From NCBI GenBank assembly GCA_951406725.2, contig OX597838.1, positions 27,156,001 to 27,220,000 on the forward strand: a DNA stretch of 64,000 bases, given 5' to 3'. The DNA comes from Octopus vulgaris (taxonomy: Eukaryota). The notes under the pieces are model-generated. The model saw only the letters and a program-made list of their open reading frames with translations. It was not told the DNA's origin and ran no database searches. A program made the translations under genes and the position numbers. Below are positions 35,346-48,790 of the stretch, in pieces. Numbering within the stretch: position 1 is the first letter of the stretch; the number at the start of each line of letters is the position of its first letter.

Positions 35346-36799
35346 CTCACAAGGTTTTTGTCAGCCCTAGGTTATACTAGAAGACACTTGCCCAAAGTGC
35401 TGCCCAGGGAGACAACCAAAAATCTCATGGCTGGGAAACAAGCTTCTCAACCACACACCTCATAAATATATTACACACACAGACACACACGTACACATAT
35501 ATATCTACACGTATGCACACATGCATGCATACACACACATATATGTATGATATTTGCATTTACTATATATATACTCTCTCTTTTACTTGTTTCAGTCATT
35601 TGACTGCGGCCATGCTGGAGCACTGCCTTTAGTCGAGCAAATCGACCCCGGGACTTATTCTTTGTAAGCCCAGTACTTATTCTATCGGTCTCTTTGGCCA
35701 AACCGCTAAGTGACGGGGACGTAAACACACCAGCATCGGTTGTCAAGCAATGCTAGGGGGACAAACACAAACACACAAACATACACACATATATATATAC
35801 ATATATACGACAGGCTTCTTTCAGTTTCTGTCTACCAAATCCATTCACAAGGCTTTGGTTGGCCCGAGGCTATAGTAGAAGACACTTGCCCAAGGTGCCA
35901 CGCAGTGGGACTGAACCCGGAACCATGTGGTTGGTATGCAAGCTACTTACCACACAACCACATATATATATACATTATATAATAATATATATTAAGGTGA
36001 CAGGCTGGCAAAATCGTTTGCACGTTGGGCAAAGTGCTTAGCGGCATTTCGTCCGTCTGTACGTTATGAGTTCAAATTACGCTGAGGTCAACTTAGTTTT
36101 TCACCCCTTCGGGTCACTAAAATAATCACTGTTAAACAGTGGGGTCGATGTTATCGGATTATGGGCCTTGTGCCAAAATTTGAAGCCATATATAAAACAC
36201 ACATACATATATAGGCGCAGGAGTGGCTGTGTGGTAAGTAGCTTGTTTACCAACTACATGGCTCCGGGTTCGGTCCCACTGCATGGCACCTCTTCTACTA
36301 TAGCCTCGGGCCGACCAAAGCCTTGTGAGTGGATTTGGTAGACGGAAACTGAAAGAAGCCCGTCGTATATATGTATATATATGTATATATATGTGTGCGT
36401 GTATGTTTGTGTTTGTCCCCCTAGCATTGCTTGACAACCGATGCTGGTGTGTTTATGTCCCCGTCACTTAGCGGTTCGGCAAAAGAGACAGATAGAATAA
36501 GTACTGGGCTTACAAAGAATAAGTCCCGGGGTCGAGTTGCTTGATTAAAGGCGGTGCTCCAGCATGGCCGCAGTCAAATGACTGAAGCAAGTAAAAGAGT
36601 AAAGAGATATATATATATGTACATTGTGTGTGTGTGTGTGTATATATATATGGATATAATATATACTATATATGTTATGTATGTACACACACATTTACGG
36701 GTATGTATATACAAATGTACATGACATGCAGACACACGTTTAGTTTTATATGTGTGTGCAATTGAATGTCTGTATGATGCGAATGCCGGAGGAAATAAT

Positions 36800-38350
36800 A
36801 AAGGTGTGCCGCATTAAATGGCAACTATCACATTACTAAGGTGTCAATACTGCTGCAAGCCTACTGCTATGCCTAGCTTCCACACCAAAACCACTGCATC
36901 AAAGACAGCTGCTAGTCATAAAAGTCAGCGAGAAGCTACCACTGCTGCTGTGCGACTTTTGCGGCGTGTTATTACCACTGCAAACCTACTGCTACTATAC
37001 GACGTTTTCTCTTTCTTTTTCTTTTCTTTTTTTTTTTTCTTCTTCAGTGAGAGTGTTATTACTACTGCAAACCTGCTGCTGCTGTGCGACTTCTGCAGCG
37101 AGCATTTATTACCGCTGCAAACCTGCTGCTGCTATGCTGGCTGGCTGACAGACAAGCTAACTCTGACAACCACTGCAGCAGCAAAGGACAAGCAGCAGCC
37201 AAGCGAAAGCCAGTCTGCCAAGCCAGCCAGCCTGCCAGCCAGCCAGCCACACTGACTGACTGGCAGTAGACATATTACTACTGCTACTACTGCTGTGTAA
37301 GCAACCCTACTGCAAGCCTGCTCCTTTGCCACTCCCACTGTCACTTCAACTACTACCACTGCCAAGCTATGCTCGCTCGTAGCTAGGAGCTGTTTACATT
37401 TCTGGGGGAGATTTTCCGATTGTTTACGGACGAAACACCGCTTTTTACAGCCCTAATACCAGGTAAGTCTTTGAAACGGAACCTCACCGAACACATTTCA
37501 GTGAATTGTGTAGTGTTTTTTGTTTTAATTTAATTTGTTTTCTCCGTCCCACCTTGTAGACATTCGTCCAGGTATGTTGGTGGGTTTTCCCACTTACACG
37601 AATACATATTCACCACATATTCGCTATCGAGATTTTTTGGGTCGTATTGCTCCGTGTCTTTTCTTTTTTTTTCTTCGTTTTCCTTTCTCATTAAATAACC
37701 TTCCCTTCTTTTTTTCTTTTTTTTCCTTCCACCTTACCATATTGTTTTTGTTCTTTTTCGCCCTTTTTTCCCCCTTCCTTTGAAGAGAAAGATACATTGT
37801 TCTATTACCCCCCTCCTCGAGAGAGAGAGAGCGAGAGAAAGAGAGACAGAGTGAGAGAAAGAGAATGGGAGGAAGAGAGAGAGAGACTGAAAGAAAGAGA
37901 AACAGTCTCCGTATACTTGATACAGTTTATATTACACTAAGAAAAATGCACACTTTCTATATATAATGAAATTTAAGGTGAGCGGACGATATATATATGT
38001 ATATATATATATATATATATATAGATAGATAGATCTATACATACATAGAGAAAGAGAGAGAATGTGCGATAGAGACATAGATCGTGAGAGAGAAAGAGAG
38101 AGAGAGAGACAAGAGAAAGAGAGGGGCAGTGAGAGTGTCATTCGCCGACTGAAAGAGACAGGAGAACGACGACGACGTGAAGGAGGAATAGTAGGAGTAG
38201 AAGCGGCAGTCGAGGTGGCAGCAGTGGTAGGAGGAGGAGACTCTGACCTCTTCCTATCAATATGGCTGACCAAACTTCAACGACATTTTCTCACTCGATA
38301 CACACACACTCACACACATTATACATACATTTTTGTACCCACTTCTCGCT
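36800..38350. promoter_or_regulatory. Promoter / 5' exon-like region
   Basis: Free of the common SINEs, CpG-retaining, CTG/CAG- and GA-rich; strong donor CAG|GTAAGT at 37462/37463; YY1-like CAATATGGC near 38260. Confidence 0.4.
37560..37571 (+). other. Candidate 12-nt micro-exon
   Basis: Pyrimidine tract ...TCTCCGTCCCACCTTGTAG|ACATTCGTCCAG|GTATGT; 97-nt intron from the 37463 donor. Confidence 0.4.
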
Positions 38351-39620
38351 TCTCTCCTTGTTGATCCCTCAGGTTAACCCCCGATCGAACAGATCCTCGG
38401 TCACAGGCGTTCCAGCTGTGACCATATTCGTCTTTTGTCGAGGCATTGTGCGCGTATCAAGAGGCGATCGGTGTGTGATTTGAGGAGCGATTTAGTTGTT
38501 GTTTCTAGCATGTGACCGATCACGTAGAGGTTCCCTAATTGTCTCGATTCCCACCTCAGTTTTTTTTTATATTTTAATCTCTTATCCGTGTCCCCTCGTG
38601 CTTTCTAACCTTCCCGCTGGTGGAAACAAACCTACAAAAGCCATACATATTAATATCATATGAGCTATTTTCCTTTTTCCCAGCCACTTCAGATCAGCTT
38701 CACGTTATTTATTATGCCTATATTATACATACATGTACACACACATATATATATATGTATATATATGACACACATATATATGTATATATATATATGTATG
38801 TATATATAATTCTTTAATGACATATCTCACGATATCATTGTTAATATGTTACGAAATACCCCGGCTCTCTTTGCCCACACACACACATATATATATACAT
38901 TATATATGTGTGAATATATTTATATATTAAGATATCGTTATCCCTTTAATCATACCCAATCAACAGTATTACGAGTATTATTATTAGTATTAATTATTAG
39001 TCTATAAAATAAAGTATAAGTCAAGTACTGGAGTGAATCTATTTACTATATATATATATATATATCTATATATATACACACACACACATGTAATACTTTC
39101 TCGACAATATGTGGACCTTATGTTTCAACTTTGAAAAGGCTTTTTGTTAATAATAATATAATTAGCATCACTATTTTTAAATATTTGTATTGTCTATTAT
39201 TATCCGAGCATCGACTAAAATATTAGATAAGATTGTATGGAAATAGATATTTAAATATGTATGTCTATTCCTAATTAGTCTGTCATTCGAAAAAAAAAGA
39301 AAATACCCCAAAATGCCCTCAAACTCAGCCCAAATTATATATCTGTCGGTCTATTTCTATTTATTACTTGAAAGAAAGACTTTTTTTTTAAAGTTTCCTC
39401 TATTCTTGTCAGCAGCCAACGTTTTAAATTGCTTCCTTCTTCACCTTCATAATCCACCTGGTTTAACATTATATATATAAATATATATATATGATGGTAA
39501 TTTTATTTTTATATTACTTACTATGGTATGTTCTCTCCACCTTTTTCTCTTGTACATTTTTGAAAATCTTTCTTTCCCCTTTTATTTTAATGTCGATAAA
39601 ATTCTTGAAAGTGGGGGCAC

Positions 39621-39654
<34 letters not shown>

Positions 39655-40199
39655 CTTCTGTCTCAAACTATATAAGATAGAAGCCTGTTATCTATCTATC
39701 TAACACGTGTGTGTGTATATTTATAATCTCTCTCTCTCTATATATATATGTGTGAATTTATAAGGTAACATATATATATGTGTGTGTGTGTTTATAATAT
39801 CTTATTATTTCATGCTTCTAAATGGCATGCTTAAGGAAGAATATTTATATTGAAATAAAAAAGAGAACTCCAGCTAATTTTGAAAATCTCATCAATTTAC
39901 TGATCTTGCAATATTATGTGTCGCCGATTGCCGACAAATTCTGCTGTTTTACAAAATATTATTATAAAGTTTCACAAAATATTATCATAAAGTCGTCTTG
40001 ACTGCTTGTATTAATTTGATCAATTAGTAAATATTTGCCCCTGCCACCGCTAATATCGTCAGCCTACCTTTCAGTACCACCTTCCAGGTCTCTCTCTGCT
40101 GGAAGGCTTTCATTATTATTTTACCTACCTGCTTCTAATGTATATTTTTGATGACCATGTTAGACGGGCTTCAACTTTTGAAGCCACTCACTTTCAACC

Positions 40200-40239
<40 letters not shown>

Positions 40240-41445
40240 ATTCCAGACATCATTGCTTTCCCTCCTTAACTTTTCCACATGGTGTCCCTTAATGATACAC
40301 ATACACACACACAAATATATGTATATATTATATAAGAATATAAATGTATGTATATATACATCTATATATTTCATTCGTTTGTTTTTATTATTATATACAT
40401 ATGTAGACATATATATATATAAATATTTGTATGTGTGTGTGTAGATATATATATATATATATACACACGTGTGTTTGAGTATTATAAAGTGCATATATTG
40501 TAGGGTTTTTTCTTTTATCCCAGCGGGTCTTATTGGAAGAAATCGATCTGTAATAAAGACACATTCCGTTTTCGTTCCCTTAAATTTTTTTTTATATTGT
40601 GACTTCCCTAGGGATCTATCTAAGACCAATTTCTTTTTTATATATCTTCCATACGAATGAATACACACACAAACAGACACACCTACATGCATGTAAGCAA
40701 GTGTATATCGAAATAGATGTATTAGTCTATAAAATAAATATACACTTGCTAAACATGCATGTATGCTCGCTATTAAATCTGTGTGTGAGTATGTATATGT
40801 GTATATATATATACATATACATACATTATACCAATATTTTTTATCTCCTATACGAATACACAGTAAGAGAGAGAGAGAGAGACCACATACATACATACAC
40901 GTGCATGTTAGCAAGTGTATATATATATGTATATATGGTGTCTATTCGACCTCTCTGTCTTTCTCTATATCTCTATCTCTCTGATTATCTTATACAAGGG
41001 GTAATTGGTAGCTGGTTTGTGTTGTGTTTTATAAACGAAATCAACGAATGACGCCTGCATGGCAACCCGAATGCTGTGTGGTGGTGTGTCTTTCTAACGT
41101 TGAGGTGCAGCCATTTCAGCCAGTCATGTGACAGCTCTTTCTCTCTCTCTCCAACTTTCAGTCACATTTCTTACTTTCTTTCGTGTGTGTTGGCGATGAC
41201 AGCTTCTTTCGCTTAATTTTCTTTCCAAACCCGTTTTTAAAGTAAACTGTAAAAAATACACGAAATAAAAAACCGGCTGTATATGTATGTATGGCGAAAG
41301 ATCGCCGTATGTATTTGTATGTGTGTGTTTGCTTGTTTCACTGAGAGCCCAAGCCTTCTATGAATCGCATTCCGACCGTGACCATCTGGTTTTTTTTTTC
41401 TTTTTTTTTTGCATTTTCTAAAATTAAGTCGGACACGGTATAATT

Positions 41446-42763
41446 TCTGAGTTCAAATTCCGCCGAGGTCGACTTTGCCTTTCCTCCTTTCTGGGTCGAT
41501 AAATTAAGTACCGGTTACGCACTGGGGTCGATATAATCGACTTAATCCGTTTGTCTGTCCTTGTTTGTCCCCTCTGTGTTTAGCCCCTTGTGGGTAGTAA
41601 AGAAATAGAAATAGGTATTTCGTCTGCCGTTACGTTCTGAGTTCAAATTCCGCCGAGGTCGACTTTGCCTTTCATCCTTTCTGAGTCGATAAATCAAGTA
41701 CCAGTTACGCACTGAGGTCGATATATAATCGACTTAATCCGTTTGTCTGTCCTTGTTTGTCCCCCTCTGTGTTTAGCCCCTTGTGGATAGTAAAGAAATA
41801 GAAATAGGTATTTCGTCTGCCGTTACGTTCTGAGTTCAAATTCCGCCGAGGTCGACTTTGCCTTTCATCCTTTCTGGGTCGATAAATCAAGTACCAGTTA
41901 CGCACTGAGGTCGATATATAATCGACTTAATCCGTTTGTCTGTCCTTGTTTGTCCCCCTCTGTGTTTAGCCCCTTGTGGATAGTAAAGAAATAGAAATAG
42001 GTATTTCGTCTGCCGTTACGTTCTGAGTTCAAATTCCGCCGAGGTCGACTTTGCCTTTCATCCTTTCTGGGTCGATAAATCAAGTACCAGTTACGCACTG
42101 AGGTCGATATATAATCGACTTAATCCGTTTGTCTGTCCTTGTTTGTCCCCCTCTGTGTTTAGCCCCTTGTGGATAGTAAAGAAATAGAAATAGGTATTTC
42201 GTCTGCCATTTCGTTCTGAGTTCAAATTCCGCCGATGTCGACTTTGCCTTTCCTCCTTTCTGGGTCGATAAATTAAGTACCAGTTACACACTGGGGTCGA
42301 TATATAATCGACTTAATCCGTTTGTCTGTCCTTGTTTGTCCCCCTCTGTGTTTAGCTCCTTGTGGGTAGTAAAGAAATAGAAATAGGTATTTCGTCTGCC
42401 GTTACGTTCTGAGTTCAAATTCCGCCGAGGTCGACTTTGCCTTTCATCCTTTCTGGGTCGATAAATCAAGTACCAGTTACGCACTGGGGTCGATATATAA
42501 TCGACTTAATCCGTTTGTATGTCCTTGTTTGTCCCCCTCTGTGTTTAGCCCCTTGTGGATAGTAAAGAAATAGAAATAGGTATTTCGTCTGCCGTTACGT
42601 TCTGAGTTCAAATTCCGCCGAGGTCGACTTTGCCTTTCATCCTTTCTGGGTCGATAAATTAAGTACCGGTTACGCACTGGTGTCGATATAATCGACTTAA
42701 TCCGTTTGTATGTCCTTGTTTGTCCCCCTCTGTGTTTAGCCCCTTGTGGGTAGTAAAGAAATA
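41446..42763 (+). repeat. ~193-bp tandem array (~7 units) of the SINE family B body
   Basis: Units joined by AAGAAATAGAAATAGGTATTTCGTCTGCC; whole array flanked by GGTATAATT. Confidence 0.9.
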
Positions 42764-43150
42764 GGTATAATTCCCAGGCTACCACAATTGTTCATTTCAA
42801 TGCTTAGCGATATTTCTTTCGTCCGTCTTCACGTTCTGAGTTCAAACTCTGTCGAGGTCGACTTTGCCTTTGGTTCCCTCATAGCCTATAAAATACCAGT
42901 TGAGGGCTGGGAACCGATGTAATCCACACCCTACCATTACCCCAAATTCAGCTCTTGTGCCTATTTATTATTATTATTCAAATACTATTTAATGTGGGAT
43001 GCGACAAGAAAGACATGTGACTTTTTGTAGCCGGTCATGCATGTATATTATACGATTGTGTAGTGTGTTGAGCGGGTGTATATAGTTTATACAGCTTGTG
43101 ATGAAATTGTAGATCTTTCGCTTCTCTATCTATCTGACTGTCTATATATA

Positions 43151-43277
43151 TAATTAGGTTTCAGCAAAGATTTTTCTTTACCACATACCGAAGTTTAGAA
43201 ATAGCAGCCCAAAAAAACCTTAGCTATTTCTTAAACTTCGGTATGTGGTAAAGCAAATCTTTGCTGAACCCTAATTA
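43151..43277. repeat. Inverted repeat, ~55-bp arms
   Basis: TAATTAGGTTTCAGCAAAGATT...GAAATAGC / GCTATTTC...AATCTTTGCTGAACCCTAATTA; next to a TA run. Confidence 0.8.
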
Positions 43278-43642
43278 TAAAAGTATTACTTAAAGTTTAC
43301 CGTGAAATGGTCTTTTTTTCATGCCGAATTCTACTTGGTGAAATTATTGATTACTTTTTAATTAATTAATTTTACCCTTTTCTCTCTCTCTCTATATATA
43401 TATATGTATGAAACGATTGTACTAAAAACCTATCCATTCTTGTTGCTTCTTTCTCGCTTATAATCACCCCACATTACTGTATTGTTAAAACCGTATAGTT
43501 TGTTTTGGTGCATCTAAGTTAGGTACCATATTCAAGTAAATTCATTTAAATTAACTTGAATCTTTATTGCTTTTATTATATATATATATATATATATATC
43601 GTGACGTATTTTTGCCATTTCAATATGGCTAACCCCTAAGGG

Positions 43643-43687
<45 letters not shown>

Positions 43688-43690
<3 letters not shown>

Positions 43691-43817
43691 GGTGTCCCAA
43701 AAAATGTATACACACCTTAAATAATTGTAAATTTGTTATTCTTTGTAAGCCTAGTACTTATTCTATCGTTCTCTTTTGCCGAACCACTATGTGTATACAT
43801 TTTTTTGGGACACCCTG
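43688..43817. mobile_element. Tc1/mariner-type MITE
   Basis: ~27-bp TIR CAGGGTGTCCCAAAAAATGTATACACA; TA on the left, TG on the right. Confidence 0.75.
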
Positions 43818-44118
43818 TGTACATATATAGGCCTTTAGCCAACAGGTTTTGGGATCTGATGATACGCCATAAAGCTAAGCTTTTTATGGACGTGAAACCT
43901 AAGGTAATCTCATAAACCGGCCTTATCTAACATATATATATATATATAGTGTGTTTTTTTTAAATTGTTAGTCATTTTGTCTAATTATCTACTTTAGAAT
44001 ACGTTAGCTTATTTAACTTTGATCAATTCCCTATTTTTTTTTTCCACCGTTTACTCTTTCCCACTTAGATTTCATTTCCTGCTTACTTCAAACCTCTCTA
44101 TATACTTCAAGTGTGTGC

Positions 44119-44169
<51 letters not shown>

Positions 44170-44264
44170 TATACATATGTCTGTGTGTGTAACTTTGTAT
44201 ATATACACACGCACACATATGTACTCGTATATACACAGCTACACAGAACAGCAGGTGTTTTTCG

Positions 44265-44313
<49 letters not shown>

Positions 44314-44915
44314 ATATGTATGTATTTCATAATGAATATTTTATATTTCTCTTCATTAAGGGTGTCAGAAAAGCAACCTTTTGAAATCAAAATCAAGATT
44401 AGTTCGCCTTCATCTTTCTCTCTTCAAATAAAGCAGCTTCTTAATAAAAACTTAATTAACCGTTAATTAAAAGTAAGTCAAAACAAGTCTCTAGGAAGCC
44501 AAGCCAGAAATAGTATTTGTCCCATAGTTCGCTTTATATTCTTTATATTCTCCTCCGTAAGTATTAGTTTCAACAATGTTAAGACACGATCGTTTACTAC
44601 CCTCAAGGTTTTTATTTAGCCTCTAATAGTCACCATCTGTTTGTCTAGGTTGTAATTAAACCGTAAATACCTAACATAGCTTTAATAACGAAGGGAGGTG
44701 AGATTTTTATGAAGTCTCATTTATTATATGTATGTGTACTATAACAGCTCTCTGTTGGTGTTATATATATATATATAATACAGTGTACATTTAAACACAT
44801 TAAGAGGTATCCATTATAGGACTCCCTTACGCTAGAAGGAACAGCTAAAGTCCAAACCACTAATTAGGGATAAATTCTTGAAGGGAATGAAAAATAGAAA
44901 CATTTATCATCTATG

Positions 44916-44955
<40 letters not shown>

Positions 44956-46139
44956 ACTTGTTTTAATCATTGGACTGGGGCACGGCGTCTTGAAAAATTT
45001 TAGTCCAGTACTTATTTATTTGTAAAACCTGGTACTTATTTTGATCGGTCTTTTTTTGCCGAACCGTTAAGTTACTGGGACGTAAACACACCAACGCCGG
45101 TTGTCACTCGGTGGTGGGAGACAGACAAAATCACACAGGTGTGTGTGTATATATATATAAGAAGCCCGTCGAATATATATATATTATATATACGACGGGC
45201 TTCTTTCAGTTTCCGTCTACCGAATTCACTGACAAAGCCTTGGTCGGCCTGAGGCTAGAGTAAAGACACTCGTCCAACCCATGCAGTGGGACAGAACCCG
45301 GGACTATGTCGTTGGGAAACAAACTTTTTTACCACACAGCCACATATATATAATATTCATACACACACACACACAGATATATACATATATATTCACATGA
45401 ATATCGATCGTATCATTTATATACATACATGCATGTGTGTATATATATATATATATATAGTCTTAGCATGGCCGCTCAGAAACAGCTAAAAGGTACACTT
45501 GTGAGATACGTATGAATATAACACGCCCCCTGTTCCCTGTCTTTGTTGCTGTGTTTTAGCCCTTATACGGACCCATGATCAAAGGCGTTCCATTTCTGAC
45601 CATCTCGTCTTTTCCGTGACTAAATTTTCAATGGTTTGTGGGAGGTTTTGGGGTTTTTATTTGTGACAGGTAGGGCAGCCACGTTGAGTGGGGCCTCCCC
45701 CCCGCCACGTTGTATTATCGCTGCCCTTTTGTGAGTGTTAGGGAGCACATTATATCTGCGTGCCTTAGCTTTTTTCTCCTCTTCTCCTTTTTCTTTTCTT
45801 TCACTCTTTCAAATGAATGAAATCAAGCATGTGTAAGATACATGTCTTGCAGTGTTGGTATGTGTGTGTGTGGGCAGTGTATACACATACAAGCCGTGGT
45901 ATGTTTTACAAAAGAAACGGCCCGCCTACAAGTCGCACACACCTTGCATCCGCTTAGAAAACGATTTATAAATAAATAAATAGATAAATGAATAAAAACC
46001 CATATTTCGTGGGAAAAAATGTAAATAAAACCAGGCCAGGTTGTTGCTTTCTTTCGTTTTCGTTTTATCCTCCACTCGGGTGTGATAATTACTCCTTTAA
46101 ACACATCTACCCACGTTTCTCTGGAACTCCTTATGTACG

Positions 46140-47940
46140 ATAGAATCGTTGGTGCGTCGGACAAAATGCTTAGTATTTCTCCCGGCTATCTACGTTATGA
46201 GTTCAAATTCCACTGAGGTCGACTTTACCTTTCAGGGATCGATTTAAAAAAAAAAGTACCAGTCAAGTACGAGGGGCGATGCAATAAACTTGCCCCCTCC
46301 CCTCAAAATTTCTGGCGTTCTGCCAAATTTAGTAAGCATTGTGATTATGTGGCCAACTGCTTACGTTCTGAGCTCAAATACCTCCGAAGTCAACTTTGCC
46401 TTTTATTCTTTCGGGGCCATTACAATAAAGAATCTGTCGAGCACTTGGGTTCATATAATCATTGGCTTATCACCCACTCTTTTAAAATTTGCTGGCCTTG
46501 TGCCAAAATTCGAAACCATTCCGCCGAGGTCGACTTTGCCTTTCATACTTTCGGGATCGATGGAATCGATTTACCCTGCCCCTCAAGATTACTGGCCTTG
46601 TGCCAAACCTTGAGGCCATTATTATTTTGAAGGCGGCGAGCTGGCAGAAACGTTAGCACGCCGGGCGAAATGCTCAGCGTTGTGAGTTCGAATTCCGCCG
46701 AGGTCGACTTTGCCTTTCATCCTTTCGGGGTCGATAAATCAAGTACCAGTTACGCACTAGGGTCGATGTAATCGACTTAATACCTATGTCTGTCCTTGTT
46801 TGTCCCCTCTGTGTTTAGCCCCTTGTGGGTAATAAAGAAATAGGTATTTCGTCTGTCTTTACGTTCTGAGTTCAGATTCCACCAAGGTCGACTTTGCCTT
46901 TCATCTACCCAGGGTCGATAAATCAAGTACCAGTTACGCACTGGGCCGATCAATCGACTTAATCGACTGGCTGTCCTTGTTTGTCCCCTCAAAATTTCGG
47001 GCCTTGTGCCTAGTAAGAAAAGAAAAGAATCGTCTTTAGCATTCCAGACACCAATGCTTAGCCGGTATTTCATCCGTCTCCGTGTTCTGGGTTGTAAATT
47101 AATGCTGGAGTCGGCTTTGTCCCCTCTGTGTATCCTTCCAGGGTTGATAAAATAAGTACTGTCTTTACGTTCTGAGCAAGGATTCCACCAATGATGTATG
47201 TGATTGACTGGGCCCTTCATTCAAAACTTCAGGCCTTGTGCCTAAAGTAGAAAGGGTTATTTTTAAGGCGGCGAGGTGGCAGAATCGTTACCGCGTCGGA
47301 CAAAATACTTACCGGCATTTTTTTTTTCTATTTTGCCGTTCTTCACGATCTGGGTTCAAAACACCGCCGAGGCCGACTTTGCTTTTTATTTTTCCGGGGG
47401 TCGATAAAATAAATACCAGTTGAGCACTGGGGTTGATATAATCAACTTACTCCCTTCCTCCATACTTCAGGCTTTTTGCCCATATAGAAATAATTATTAT
47501 TTAGGTGGGGATCCGGCAGAATCGTTAGCCGCATCGGACAAAATACTTACCGGCATTTTTTTCTATTTTGCCGTTCTTCACGATCTGGGTTCAAAACACC
47601 GCCGAGGCCGACTTTGCTTTTTATTTTTCCGGGGTCGATAAAATAAATACCAGTTGAGCACTGGGGTTGATATAATCAACTTACTCCCTTCCTCCATACT
47701 TCAGGCTTTTTGCCCATATGGAAATAATTATTATTTAGGTGGGGGATCCGGCAGAATCGTTAGCGCGTCGAACAAAATGCTTGGTAGCATTTTCTACCGG
47801 TGCTCTAGGGTTCGACTTTGCTTTCCATCCTTTCGAGGTCGAATAAAAAAAAAACAAAAAAAAAAAAAAACGTACCACTCAAGTACTCGGATCGATGTAA
47901 TAAAAAATGGCTGGCCTTGTGCCAAATTTAGAAACCAATG
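46140..47940 (+). repeat. Cluster of same-orientation SINE family B copies, including a ~235-bp tandem duplication
   Basis: Repeated GGCAGAATCGTTA starts at ~47278, 47515 and 47750; dimer at 46632-47010. Confidence 0.75.
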
Positions 47941-48342
47941 ACTATTTTGCACAGTTCATTGAAATGAAAATGTAATTTGTTTCCTTGTAAATAAACCACT
48001 CCCTATTTTCTGTCCTCCATAGAACGAACTATGACTGGAATGTTTTTTTTTTCTTCAACACCTTCCTTATTTGTGTGTGCGCACGTATATAAATATATAT
48101 AATTTGTATTATTTACAGGTACATACCTAAGATTTTTCTTCTTTTCCTCTCCCATTTAGTAAGAAGGAAAATACTATGATGGTTGCGATTTTTTTTTGTT
48201 GGCTGTGGCAATGCTGGGGGATGCCCCCTCTTGTTCCTTTTCTTCTTAAGCATGTACAGACTGGCCCTCCGGTCAGCTTTCTTGCCTGTTCTGCAGGGGT
48301 AACCCTCGTCTGAAGCCTATGACAAGACATCCAAGTGTGACC

Positions 48343-48790
48343 GTCCCGTCTTTTTAAGGGGTATTGTAGGACAATATCTAATTTTTCCGAGGTGTGGTTT
48401 CAAGATTTGGTTGCTATTTCAAGCAGGTAGAGCGACCACGTTGATGCTCCTTCGTTGGATGTATCAAACATCCGAGTCAGTTTCTGATCAAAGGTCCCGT
48501 CTTTTTAAGGGGTATTGTAGGACAATATCTAATTTTTCCGAGGTGTGGTTTCGAGATTTGGTTGCTATTTCAAGCAGGTAGAGCGACCACGTTGATGCTC
48601 CTTCGTTGGATGTATCAAACATTCGAGTCAGTTTCTGATCAAAGGTCCCGTCTTTTAAGGGTATTGTAGGACAATATCTAATTTTTCCGAGGTGTGGTTT
48701 CAAGATTTGGTTGCTATTTCAAGCAGGTAGAGCGACCACGTTGAATGCTCCTTCGTTGGATGTATCAAACATCCGAGTCAGTTTCTGATC
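48343..48790 (+). repeat. ~151-bp tandem repeat, 3 units
   Basis: GTCCCGTCTTTT at 48343, 48494 and 48644; unit related to a dispersed repeat seen at ~10430, 38390 and 54380. Confidence 0.85.

Noticed and set aside
41705-42785. Tandem 66-aa ORFs (MRNWYLIYRPRK...)
   Set aside because: Antisense translation of the SINE multimer.
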